Positions 53,159-64,000 of a stretch of DNA of 64,000 nt are shown here, one piece after another. The position numbers were made by a program, and so were the translations under genes. Source of the stretch: Felis catus (Eukaryota); contig NC_058383.1 of NCBI RefSeq assembly GCF_018350175.1, positions 24,058,001-24,122,000 of the forward strand, read 5' to 3'. The notes beneath the pieces are model-generated. The model searched no databases, was not told the DNA's origin, and worked only from the letters and a program-made list of their open reading frames with translations. The stretch's first letter is position 1. Each line of letters opens with the position of its first letter.

Positions 53159-56100
53159 GGAGGGGGCCAACATGGTGGAGAAGTAGGGGGATCCGAACTT
53201 CCCACATTTCTCAAACAAAGAAGTGTTGAAGCCAAGGGACTTTGAACCCCAAGAGTCTGGGAGGAAAAGAGACTGAGTTGCTGCTAGGGATACACCGGGA
53301 CAATCTGACGGGCCAGAGGTGTGTGCCTGCTAACTGGGAGAGATTAAAGGAATGGAGGGGAGGGATCCTCTTCTGTGGACAAAGGGAAGAGAAAGAGCAA
53401 CTTGGGAAGCATAGGACTGTATCTGGACAAGAGGAAAACCTTGGACTGGGATGGGGAAAGATCCAATCTGTAACTGCTGGGCTTTCTCCAGACTGGGGCC
53501 GGCTGCCCTGTTCGTGCACCTGAAGAGGAGGGGAGTCAGCCTTCGGCTCGGTGGCTAGGTCAGGGGCGCAGTCTGCAGTAGGAAAAAGGGATCCCCTCCT
53601 GGAATGCTGCAGGACAGGACAAAGCCTGTCCAGGGATCACATATCGGGCGGAGTGGAGCTGCGCTTCCCAGTACTGGGCGTGCTGAGCAGGAGTTTGAAT
53701 CCCACCCAGCAAGCGCCAGGGTGTGGGAGTTAGCAGAGTGAGACAGACCACCTCGTCTGTACCTGTGGCACAGTGAGGATGGCTCTAACGAGGTGATTTG
53801 GGGCACTGGGTCTGTGGAAGAGAGACTGGGGAGGAGGGAGTCACCATTTTTATCCCCACCACCTCAGGGATCAGTCGGGGGCCTCAGGGATCAGTCGGTG
53901 GGGCCCACAGTGGAGGTGGGACCCACCTACACCAAACCATGCCCCTCTGCGCTGGGTAACTGGGTATCTACTGGGGTAGGAGAGATGCTGAGGAACCAGA
54001 TGGCCTCCTCCTCCAGACTAGCGCTGCTGCATGGCCTGGATTAATTCTTGGACAATTCTCATTATATAGATATATTTTTCCTTCTTTTTCTTCTTTTTTT
54101 TTTTTAATTTTTTTTAACGTTTATTATTTAAAAAAAAATTTTTTTTTCAACGTTTATTTATTTTTGGGACAGAGAGAGACAGAGCATGAACAGGGGAGGG
54201 GCAGAGAGAGAGGGAGACACAGAATCTGAAACAGGCTCCAGGCTCTGAGCTGTCAGCACAGAGCCCGACGCGGGGCTCGAACTCACGGACCGTGAGATCA
54301 TGACCTGAGCCCAAGTCAGACGCTTAACCGACCGAGCCACCCAGGTGCCCCCCTTCTTTTTCTTCTTATCTCTTCCCTCTTCTAGTCTGGTTACTCTGGT
54401 TGTTGGTTTGTTTAAACAGATATATTTAATCCATTCTCTTGACACATGTTCTACACCTCCTTCTTTCCTTTCACTCTCTCTGGAATAATTAAGCTGTATA
54501 GTTTCTCTGTCTGTGAAACTTTATCTTCTTTTCTTTCCCCCCCTGCCTCCTTCTCTCTCTCCCTCTCTCCCTTCCTCTCTCTCTCTCTGTCTCTCTCTCT
54601 CTCTGGATTAGGCCATTTAGTCTCTCTTCTTGGTCAATGTTTACTTTTTCTTTTCCCCCAGCCCCTGTCCTTTCTCCCTTAGTATGTGCTCTTCCATCAG
54701 GACCGTCTCCACCCTGATATTTACTTCTGGCTGGTGTTTGTGGTTTTTTTCTTTTTTTCTTATTTTTAAATTTGTGTGTTTGTGTGTTTTTGTTTTCTGT
54801 TTGTTTGTTTGTTTGTTTGTTTTCCTTTCCAGGGCTACTTCAAGGAACAAATCAAAGCACACCTGGTGGAGGGTCCAAAAAATCACTGCCAGTAGGGAAA
54901 TAAAATAACCAAAGTCACAACAGAGAGCAAGTAACACTCTCCAAAAAACACTGCTTGAAGGGCCAGACCCTGGACAGTGTATGACCGCCCCCCTTTAATA
55001 CAGCAGTGCTTACAAGTGCAGAGCACATAACAAGCTTTTAAAATGCATAAGGGACAGAAAACTAGCCAAAATGACAAAACGGAAGAATTCTCCACAAAAG
55101 AAATTCCAGGAAGAAGTGACAGCTAAAGAACTGACCAAAAGAGATATAAGGAATATAACTGAACAATAATTTAGAATAATAGTCATAAGATTAATCACTA
55201 GGCTTGAGAAAAGCACAGAAGACAGCAGAGAATCTATTGCTGCAGAGATCTAGGAACTAAAAAATAGTCATGATGAATTAAAAAATGCTATAAATGAGGT
55301 GCAAAATAAAATGGAGGTGGTCACAGCGTGGACTGAAGAGGCAGTGGGGAGAAGAGGTGGATTAGAAAATAAAATTATGGAAAAAGAGGAAGCTGAGAAA
55401 AAGAGAGTGAAAAAAATTCTGGATCATGAGGGGAGAAATAGAGAATGAAGGGATTCAATGAAACAGAACAATATCTGTATCATAGGAGTTCCAGAAGAAG
55501 AAGGAGAGAGAGAAAGGGGCTGAAGATGTACTTGAACAAATCATAGCTGAGAACTTCCCCTATCTGGGGAAGGAAACAGACACTGAAATCCAAGAGGCAC
55601 AGGGGCGCCTGGGTGGCTCAGTCCATTAAACATCCAACTTCAGCTCAGGCCATGATCTCACAGTTTGTGAGTTCGAGCCCCGTGTTGGGCTCTGGGCTGA
55701 CAGCTCAGAGCCTGGAGCTTGCTTTGGATTCTGTGTCTCCCCTTCTCTCTCTGCCCCTCCCATGTTCATGCTGTCTCTTTCTGTTTCTCAATAATAAATG
55801 AACGTTAAAAAAAAAAGAAAAGACCTCCAAGAGGCACAGAGAACTTCCTTCAGACACAACTTGAATCGATCTGCATACATATCATAGTCAAACTGGCAAA
55901 ATACAAGGATAAAGAGAGATTTCTGAAAGCAGCTAGGGATAAATGGGCCTTAACATACAAAGGTAGACACATAAGGGTAGTAGCAGACTTATCTACTGAA
56001 ACTTGGCAGACCAGAAAGGAATGGCAGGAAATCTTCAATGTGATGAACAGGAAAAATATTCAGCCAAGATTCCTTTATCCAGCAAGTCTGTCATTCAGAA

Positions 56101-59100
56101 TAGATGGAGAGATAAAGGTTTTCCTAAACAAAAACTGAAGAAATTCATCACCACTTAACCAGCCCTACAAGAGATCCTACAGGGGATTCTGTGAGTGAAA
56201 TGTTGCAAGGACCACAAAGTACCAGAGACCTCACTACAAGCATGAAACCTACAGAGATCACAACGACTCTAAACCCATATCTTTCAATAACACTGAATGT
56301 AAACGGACTAAATGTGCCAATCAAAAGACATAGGGTAACAGAATGGATAAAAAACAAGACCCATCTATTTGCTGTCTATGAGAGACTTATTTTAGACCTG
56401 AGGACACCTTCAGATTGAAAGTGAGGGGATGGCAAACTATCCATCATGCTATTGGAAGTCAAAAGAAAGCTGGAGTAGCCACACTTATATCAGACAAACT
56501 AGACTTTAAATTAAAGGCTGTAACCTCTACTACAAAGCTGTCATCATCAAGACAGCATGGTATTGGCACAAAAACAGACACACAGACCAATGGAATAGAA
56601 TAGAAACCCCAGAACTAGACCCACAAAAGTATGGCCAACTCATCTTTGACAAAGCAGGAAAGAATATCCAATGTCTCTTTGACAAATGGTGCTGGGAGAA
56701 CTGGACAGCCACATGCAGAAGAATGAAACTAGACCACTTTCTTACACCATTCACAAAAATAAACTCAAAATGGATAAAGGACCAGAATGTGAGACAGGAA
56801 ACCATCAAAACACTAGAGGAGAAAGCAGGAAAAGACCTCTCTGACCTCAGCTGCAGCAATTTCTTACTTGACACATCCCCAAAGGCAAGGGAATTAAAAG
56901 CAAAAATGAACTACTGGGACCTCATGAAGATAAAAAGCTTCTGCACAGCAAAGGAAACAATCAACAAAACTAAAAGGCAACCAATGGAATGGGAAAGGAT
57001 ATTTGCAAATGACATACTGGACAAAGGGCTAGTATCCAAAATCTATAAAGAACTCACCAAACTCCACACCCAAAAAACAAATAATCCAGTGAAGAAATGG
57101 GCAGAAAACATGAATAGACACTTCTCTAAAGAAGACCTCCAGATGGCCAACAGGCACATGAAAAGATGCTCAACGTCGCTCCTCATCAGGGAAATACAAA
57201 TCAAAACCACACTCAGATACCACCTCACGCCAGTCAGAGTAGCCAAAATGAACAAATCAGGAGATTATAGATGCTGGAGAGGATGTGGAGCAACAGGAAC
57301 ACTCTTGCACTGTTGGTGGGAATGCAAACTGGTACAGCCACTCTGGAAAATAGTGTGGAGGTTCCTAAAAATAGATCTACCCTATGACCCAGAAATAGCA
57401 CTGCTAGGAATTTACCCAAGGGATACAGGACTACTGATGCATAGGGGCACTTGTACCCCAATGTTTATAGCAGCACTCTCAACAATAGCCAAATTATGGA
57501 AAGAGCCTAAATGTCCATCAACTGATGAATGGATAAAGAAATTGTGGTTTATATACACATGGAGTACTACATGGCAATGAGAAAGAATGAAATATGGCCC
57601 TTTGTAGCAACGTGGATAGAACTGGAGAGTGTGATGCTAAGTGAAATAAGCCATACAGAGACAGACAGATACCATATGTTTTCACTCTTATGTGGATCCT
57701 GAGAACCTTCACAGAAACCCATGGGGGAGGGGAAGGAAAAAAAAAAAGAGGTTAGAGTGGGAGAGAGCCAAAGCATAAGAGACTCTTAAAAACTGAGAAC
57801 AAACTGAGGGTTGATGGGGGGGTGGGAGGGAGGGAAGGATAGGGGGTGGACATTGAAGAGGGCATCTTTTGGGATGAGCACTGGGTGTTGTATGGAAATC
57901 AATTTGACAATAAATTTCATATATTAAAAAAATAAATTAAAGGCTGTAACAAGAGATGAAGAAGGGCATTATATAATAATTATGAGGTCTATCCATCAGG
58001 AAGAGCTAGCAATTATAAATGTCTATGCACCAAATTCAGCAGCACCCAAATATATAAAACAATTAATCACAAGCATAAGAAATCTTACTGGTAAGAATGT
58101 GGTAATTCAGGGGACTTTAATACTCCACTTACAACAAGGGGCAGATCATCTAGACAGAAAATCATAAAGAAACAATGGTCCTGAATGATACACTAGACCA
58201 GATGGACTTGACAGATATATTTAAAACTTTCCACCCTAAAGCAGCAGAATATACTTTCCTCTTGAGTGCACAAGGAACATTCTCCAAGATAGATCACATA
58301 CTGGTTCATAAAACAGCCCTCAACAAATATAAAAGAATTAAGATCATACAATGCACACTTTCAGATCACAATGCCATGAAACTTGAAATCAACCATAGGA
58401 AAAAGTTTGGAAAACCTCCAAATGCATGGAGGTTAAAGCACACCCTACTAAAGAAGGAATGGGTCAACCAGGCAATTAGAGAAGAAATTTTAAAATATTT
58501 GGAAACAAATGAAAATGAAAACACAACAATCCAAACACTTTGGGATGGAGCAAAGAGAGTACTAACAGGAAAATACATTGCAATCCAGGCCTATCTCAGA
58601 ACAAGAAAAATCCCAAATACAAAATCTAACAGTACACCTAAAGGAACTAGAAGCCGAAGAGCAAGGAAACCCCAAACCCAGCAGAAGAGAAATAACAAAG
58701 ATCACAGCAGAAATAAACAATATAGAATCCAACCCCTCCCGCAAAAACCCAACAGAACAGATCAATGAAACTAAGAGTTGGTTTTTTGAAAAAAAATAAA
58801 AAATATTGATAAACCTCTAGCCAGGATTCTCAAAAAGAAAACAGAGGACGCAAATAGATAAAATCATGAATGAAAATGGCTTTATTACAACCAATCACTC
58901 AGAAACACAAGCAATTATCAGGGAATATTAGGAAAAATTATATGCCAACAAACTGGACAACCTGGAAGAAATGGACAAATTCCTAAACACCCACACACTA
59001 CCAAAACTCAAAAGGAAGAAACAGAAAATTTGAACAGACCCATTAACTAGTGAAGAAATTGAATCTGTTATCAAAAATCTTCCAACGAGTCAGAGTCCTG

Positions 59101-61950
59101 GACCAGATGGCTTCCCTGGGGAATTCTACCAGACATTTAAAGCAGAGTTAATACCTATCCTTCTCAAGCTTTTCCAAAAAATAGAAAGGGAAGGCAAACT
59201 TCTGGACTCATTCTATGAAGTCAGCATTACTTTGATTCCTAAACCAGACAGAGACCCAGCAAAAAAAGAGAACTACAGGCCCATATCCCTGATGAATATG
59301 GATGCAAAAATCTCAATAAGACACTAGCAAATCAAATTCAACAGCATATAAAAAGAATTATTCACCATGAACAAGTGGGATTCATTCCTGGGCTGCATGG
59401 CTCGTTCAACATTTGCAATTCAGTCAATGTGATACATCACATCAATAATAGAAAAGAACCATATGATCTGTCAATCGATGCAGAAAAAACATTTGACAAA
59501 ATTCAGCATCCTTTCTTAATAAAAACCCTCGAGAAAGTCGGGCTAGAAGGAACATACTTAAAGATCATAAAAGCCATTTATGAAAAGCCCATGGCTAACA
59601 TCATCCTCAGTGGGGAAAAACTGAGAGCTTTTTCCCTGAGATCAGGAACACGACAGGGATGTCCACTCTCACCGCTGTTGTTTGACATAGTGTTGGAAGT
59701 GCTAGCATCAGCAATCCGACAACAAAAGGAAATCAAAGGCATCAAAATTGGCAAAGATGATGTCAAGCTTTCACTTTTTGCAGATGACATGATATTATAC
59801 CTGGAAAATCCGATAGACTCCACTGAAAGTCTACTAGAACTGATACATGAATTCAGCAAAGTCGCAGATTACAAAATCCATGTACAGAAATTGGTTGCAT
59901 TCTTATACACTAATAATGAAGCAACAGAAAGACAAATAAAGAAACTGATCCCATTCACACTTGCACCAAGAAGCATAAAATACCTAGGAATAAACCTAAC
60001 TAACCTATGTGTTGAAAACTATAGAAAGCTTATGAAAGAAACTGAAGGAGACACAAAGAAATGAAAAAACATTCATGCTCATGGATTGGAAGAATAAATA
60101 TTGTTCAAATGTCAAGGGTACCCAAAGCAATCTACACATTCAATGCATTCCCAATCAAAATTGCACCAGCATTCTTCCCAAAGTTAGAACAAGCAATCTT
60201 AAAATTTGTATGGAACCACAAGAGACCCCGAATAGCCAAAGTAATAATTAAGAAGTCCAAAGTTGGAGGCATCACAATCCCAGACTTTAGCCCCTACTAC
60301 AAAGCTGTAATCATCAAGACAGTTTGGTATTGGCACAAAAACAGACACATAGACCAGCGAAATAGAGAACCCAGAACTGGGCACACGAATGTATGGCTAA
60401 CTCATCTTTGACAAAGCAGGAAAGAATATCCAATGGAAGAAAGTCTCTTTAACAAATGGTGCTGGGAGGGAAGCTTGGGTGGCTCAGTCAGTTAAGCGTC
60501 CGACTTAGGCTCAGGTCATGATCTCACGTTTCATAAGTTCAAGCCCCGCATCAGGCTCTGTTCTGACAGTGCAGAGCCTTGCACCTGCTTTGGATTCTGT
60601 GTCTCCCTCTCTCTCTCTGCCACTCCCCTGCTCATGCTCTGTCTCTCTCCCTCAAAAATAAATAAATATTAAAAAAATAAAAAAAATGGTGCTGGGAGAA
60701 CTGGACAGCAACATGAAGAAGAATGAAACTAGACCACTTTCTTACACCACATACAAAAATAAACTCAAAATGGATGAAAGACCTGAAAGGAGACAGGAAA
60801 CCATCAAAACCCTAGAGGAGAAAGCAGGCAACAATCTCTTTGACCTCAGCCACAGCAGTTTCTTACTTGACACATCTTCAAAGGCAAGGAAATTAAGAGC
60901 CAAAATGAACTATTGGACCTCATGAAGATAAAAAGCTTCTGCACTGCAAAGGAAACAATCAACAAAACTAAAAGGCAACCGATGGAATGGGAAAAGATAT
61001 CTACAAATGACATATTGGATAAAGGGCTAGTATCCAAAATCTACAAAGAACTCACCATACCCCACACCTGAAAAACAAATAATCCAGTGAAGAAATGGGC
61101 AGAAGACATAAATAGACACTTTTCCAAAGAAGACATCCAAATGGCCAATAGACACATGAAGCAATGCTCAATGTTACTCCTCAGCAGGGAAATACAAATC
61201 AAAGCCACACTGAGATACCACCTCACACAGGTCAGAAAGACTAACGTGAACAAATCAGGCAACTATAGATGCTGGAGAGGATGTGGAGAAATGGGAACTA
61301 TCTTGCACTGTTGTTGGGAATGCAAACTGGTGCAGCCGCTCTGGAAAACAGTTTGGAGGTTCTTCAAAAAATTAAAAACATAACTACCTTATGACCTAGC
61401 AATAGCACTGCTAGGAATTTACCCAAGGAATATATGAGTGCTGATGCATAGGGGCACATGTACCCCAATGTTTATAGAAGCACTTTCAACAATAGCCAAA
61501 TTATGGAAAGACTCCAAATGTCCATCAACTGATGAATGGATAAAGAAGATGCGGTTTATATATACAATGGAATACTACTTGGCAATGAGAAAGAAGGAAA
61601 TCATGCCATTTGTAGCAATGTGGATGGAACTGGAGGGCATTATGCTAAGTGAAATAAGTCATACAAAGACAGATACCATATGTTTTCACTCATATGTGGA
61701 TCTTGAGAAACTTAGCTGAAGACCATGGGGGAAGGTAAGGGGGAAAAATAAGTTACAAACAGGGAGGAAGGGAAACAAACCATAAGAGTCTCTTAAATAT
61801 AGAGAACAAACTGAGAGTTAAGGGGGGTAGTGGAGAGGGGAATGAGGATGATGGGCATTGAGGAGGGCACTTGTTGGGATGAGTACTGGGTGTTGTATGA
61901 AAGCCAATTTGACAACAAATTATATTAAATAAATAAAAATAAAAAATAAA
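53159..61950 (+). mobile_element. Full-length-type carnivore/feline L1, disabled, with nested L1 and SINE insertions
   Basis: GGAGGGGGCCAACATGG 5' end, ORF1 ATG at ~55071, ORF2 EN/RT fragments (59375..60064 with [10 protein letters not shown] and FADDMILY), 3' UTR and A-rich tail. Confidence 0.93.
56525..57932 (+). mobile_element. Younger 5'-truncated L1 nested in the ORF2 endonuclease region of the 53159-61950 L1
   Basis: 18-bp TSD TAAATTAAAGGCTGTAAC (56507-56524 and 57933-57950); 285-aa ORF2 C-terminal ORF. Confidence 0.93.
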
Positions 61951-61989
61951 TACACAATTAATTAATTTTTAAAACCATGCAAAAAAAAA

Positions 61990-64000
61990 GACTTTGAAAT
62001 GAAAATATAATAAAATACAGAAGGCCACTACATTATGATCAAAGAGTCAATCTAGCAAGGAAATATGACATTTATACATATACACACCCATCAAAGAAGC
62101 ACCAAAATACATAAAACAAATATTAACAGACCTAAATTGGGAAACTGACAGTAGTATATAGTAGGGGATTTTCACACCCCATGGATAGGTCATCCAGACA
62201 GAAAATCCATAAGGTAACATCAGCCTTAAATAACACATTATACCTGATGGACTTAATATATATATACAAAACATTCCATACAAAAGCAGAATATACATTC
62301 TTATCAAATGGACACAGAATATTCTCCAGAATTGATCACATATTAAACCACAAAACTAGTCTCACTAATTCAAGAAAACTGAAATCTTATCAACCTTTTT
62401 TTCGAACACAATGATATAAAACTAAAGTCAATTACTAGAAACTAGAAAACTACAAATATGTGGAGATTAAACATGTTACTGATCAGCAACTAGTTCAGAG
62501 AAGAAATCAGGGGAGAAACTAAAAAAAATGCAAACAATTATGATACACCAAAATCTATGATATACAGCAAAAGTGGTTTTAAAGGAAAGGTTTTTTGTTT
62601 GTTTTTTTAGCAATTTAGCCCTATCTCAAGAAACAAGAGATGTGGGGCGCCTGGGTGGTGCAGTTGGTTAAGCGTCCGACTTCAGCCAGGTCACGATCTC
62701 GCGGTCCCGGAGTTCGAGCCCCGCGTCAGGCTCTGGGCTGATGGCTCGGAGCCTGGAGCCTGTTTCCGATTCTGTGTCTCCCTCTCTCTCTGCCCCTCCC
62801 CCGTTCATGCTCTGTCTCTCTCTGTCCCCAAAAAAAAAATAAATAAAAAGTTGAAAAAAAAATTAAAAAAAAAAAAAGAAACAAGAGATGTATCAAATAA
62901 ACAATCTAATTTTACAACTAAAAGAACTTGAAAAGTATAAACATAGCCCAAAGTTACCAGAAAAGAAATAATAAGGATTATAATGGAAATAAATTAGGGA
63001 CTAAAAAACAATAGAAAAGATCAATGAAACTAAGAGCTAGTCCTTTGACACAATAAACAAAACTGATAAAACTTTAGCTAGACTCACCAAGAAAAAGAGA
63101 GAGAGGGTGCAGATAGAATCACAAATGAAAGATGAGAATTTACAACTAATACCACAGAAATACAAAGGATCATAAGAGACCACTATTAAAATTATACATC
63201 AACAAACTGAACAACTTAGAAGTTCCTAGAAATTTATAATCTTCCAAGAGTGAAACATGAAGAAATAGGCAATTCTGAATAGACCAATTATTAGTAAAGG
63301 GAATGTAACAGTAATAAAAAACCTCCCAAAAAACAAAACTCTAGGAGTAGACAGCTTCACTGGTGAATACTAACAAACTAACAAAGAAGAATTAATACTT
63401 AACCTTCTCAAACTCCTTTAAAAAAAATGAAGAGGAGGAAACAATTCCAAACTTAGTTAAAAAGGCTAGCATTACTCTGTATCAAAACCAGACAATCACA
63501 CCACAAAAAATAAAATTACAGGCCAGTATCCCTGATAAATACAGATGTAAAAATACTCAACAAAATATTAACAAGCCAGGGGCGCCTGGGTGGCTCAGTC
63601 AGTTAAGTGTCCAACTTTGGCTCAGGTCATGATCTCACAGTTCATGAATTTGAGCCCCATATTGGGCTCTGTGCTGACAGCTCAGAGCCTGGAGCCTGCT
63701 TTGGATTCTGTGTCTCCTTCTCTCTCTGCCCCTGCCCAACTTGTGCTCTGTCTCTCTCTCTCCTTCAAAAATAAATAAAAGTAAAAAAATTTAAATTGTG
63801 CATTAAATACTGTTATCCCTTCTTTAAAAAAAACATATATTAACAAATCAAATTCAATAATATATTAAAAGGATCAAATACCATGATCAAGTGGGATTTA
63901 TTCCAGGGATGCAAGGATGGCTCAACATCTGCAAATCAATAAGATATAGCATTAACAAAATAAAAGATAAAAATGATATGATCATCCCAACAGATGCAGA
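61990..64000 (+). mobile_element. Continuation of the old host L1 ORF2 (also 52843-53055)
   Basis: The endonuclease-region sequence resumes after the AAAxAGACTTT duplication; two SINEs are inserted (62644, 63578). Confidence 0.8.

Larger units (their letters stand above)
50558..63790. mobile_element. CanSINEs inside the L1 block: minus ~50558-50769, 50925-51127, 54075-54351; plus ~53058-53157, 55602-55817, 60467-60686, 62644-62880, 63578-63790
   Basis: CanSINE bodies interrupt L1 sequence; TSDs are visible (e.g. ACAAGTTACTAGCAAATT, AAATGGTGCTGGGAG, AAGAAACAAGAGATGT). Confidence 0.88.

Noticed and set aside
56723..60411. Long reverse-transcriptase-like ORFs (285, 197, 229 and 116 aa)
   Set aside because: Broken LINE-1 ORF2 fragments; no intact ORF1/ORF2 pair and not a novel RT system.

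Overview
This is mammalian genomic DNA, almost certainly felid, judging by the feline-type tRNA-derived CanSINEs and cat-type L1 3' ends. Positions 1-11.7 kb hold the CpG-rich promoter and coding exons 1-8 of UQCRC2 on the minus strand, with an intact frame. Upstream on the same strand are two dead ABCA3-family (ABCA14/15/16-type) gene relics that the ORF track mostly misses. Relic A (36.0-43.5 kb) keeps its first three and last two coding exons, but all the middle exons are gone. Relic B (23.1-25.5 kb) keeps only its first three coding exons; a SINE sits inside one exon and another SINE insertion duplicated a splice donor. Between the relics are a CpG island with an 88-bp tandem array of NRF1-like motifs and a young gammaretrovirus-like solo LTR with a duplicated enhancer. 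The window also has an RPS17 processed pseudogene, a U6 fragment, about 45 CanSINEs, old DNA transposons and LTRs, and a ~19 kb nested L1 stack (45-64 kb). I see no prokaryote-style system such as a CRISPR array or operon. The most interesting story is the collapse of the ABCA cluster next to UQCRC2. Gene-family comparisons are from memory; no searches were run.
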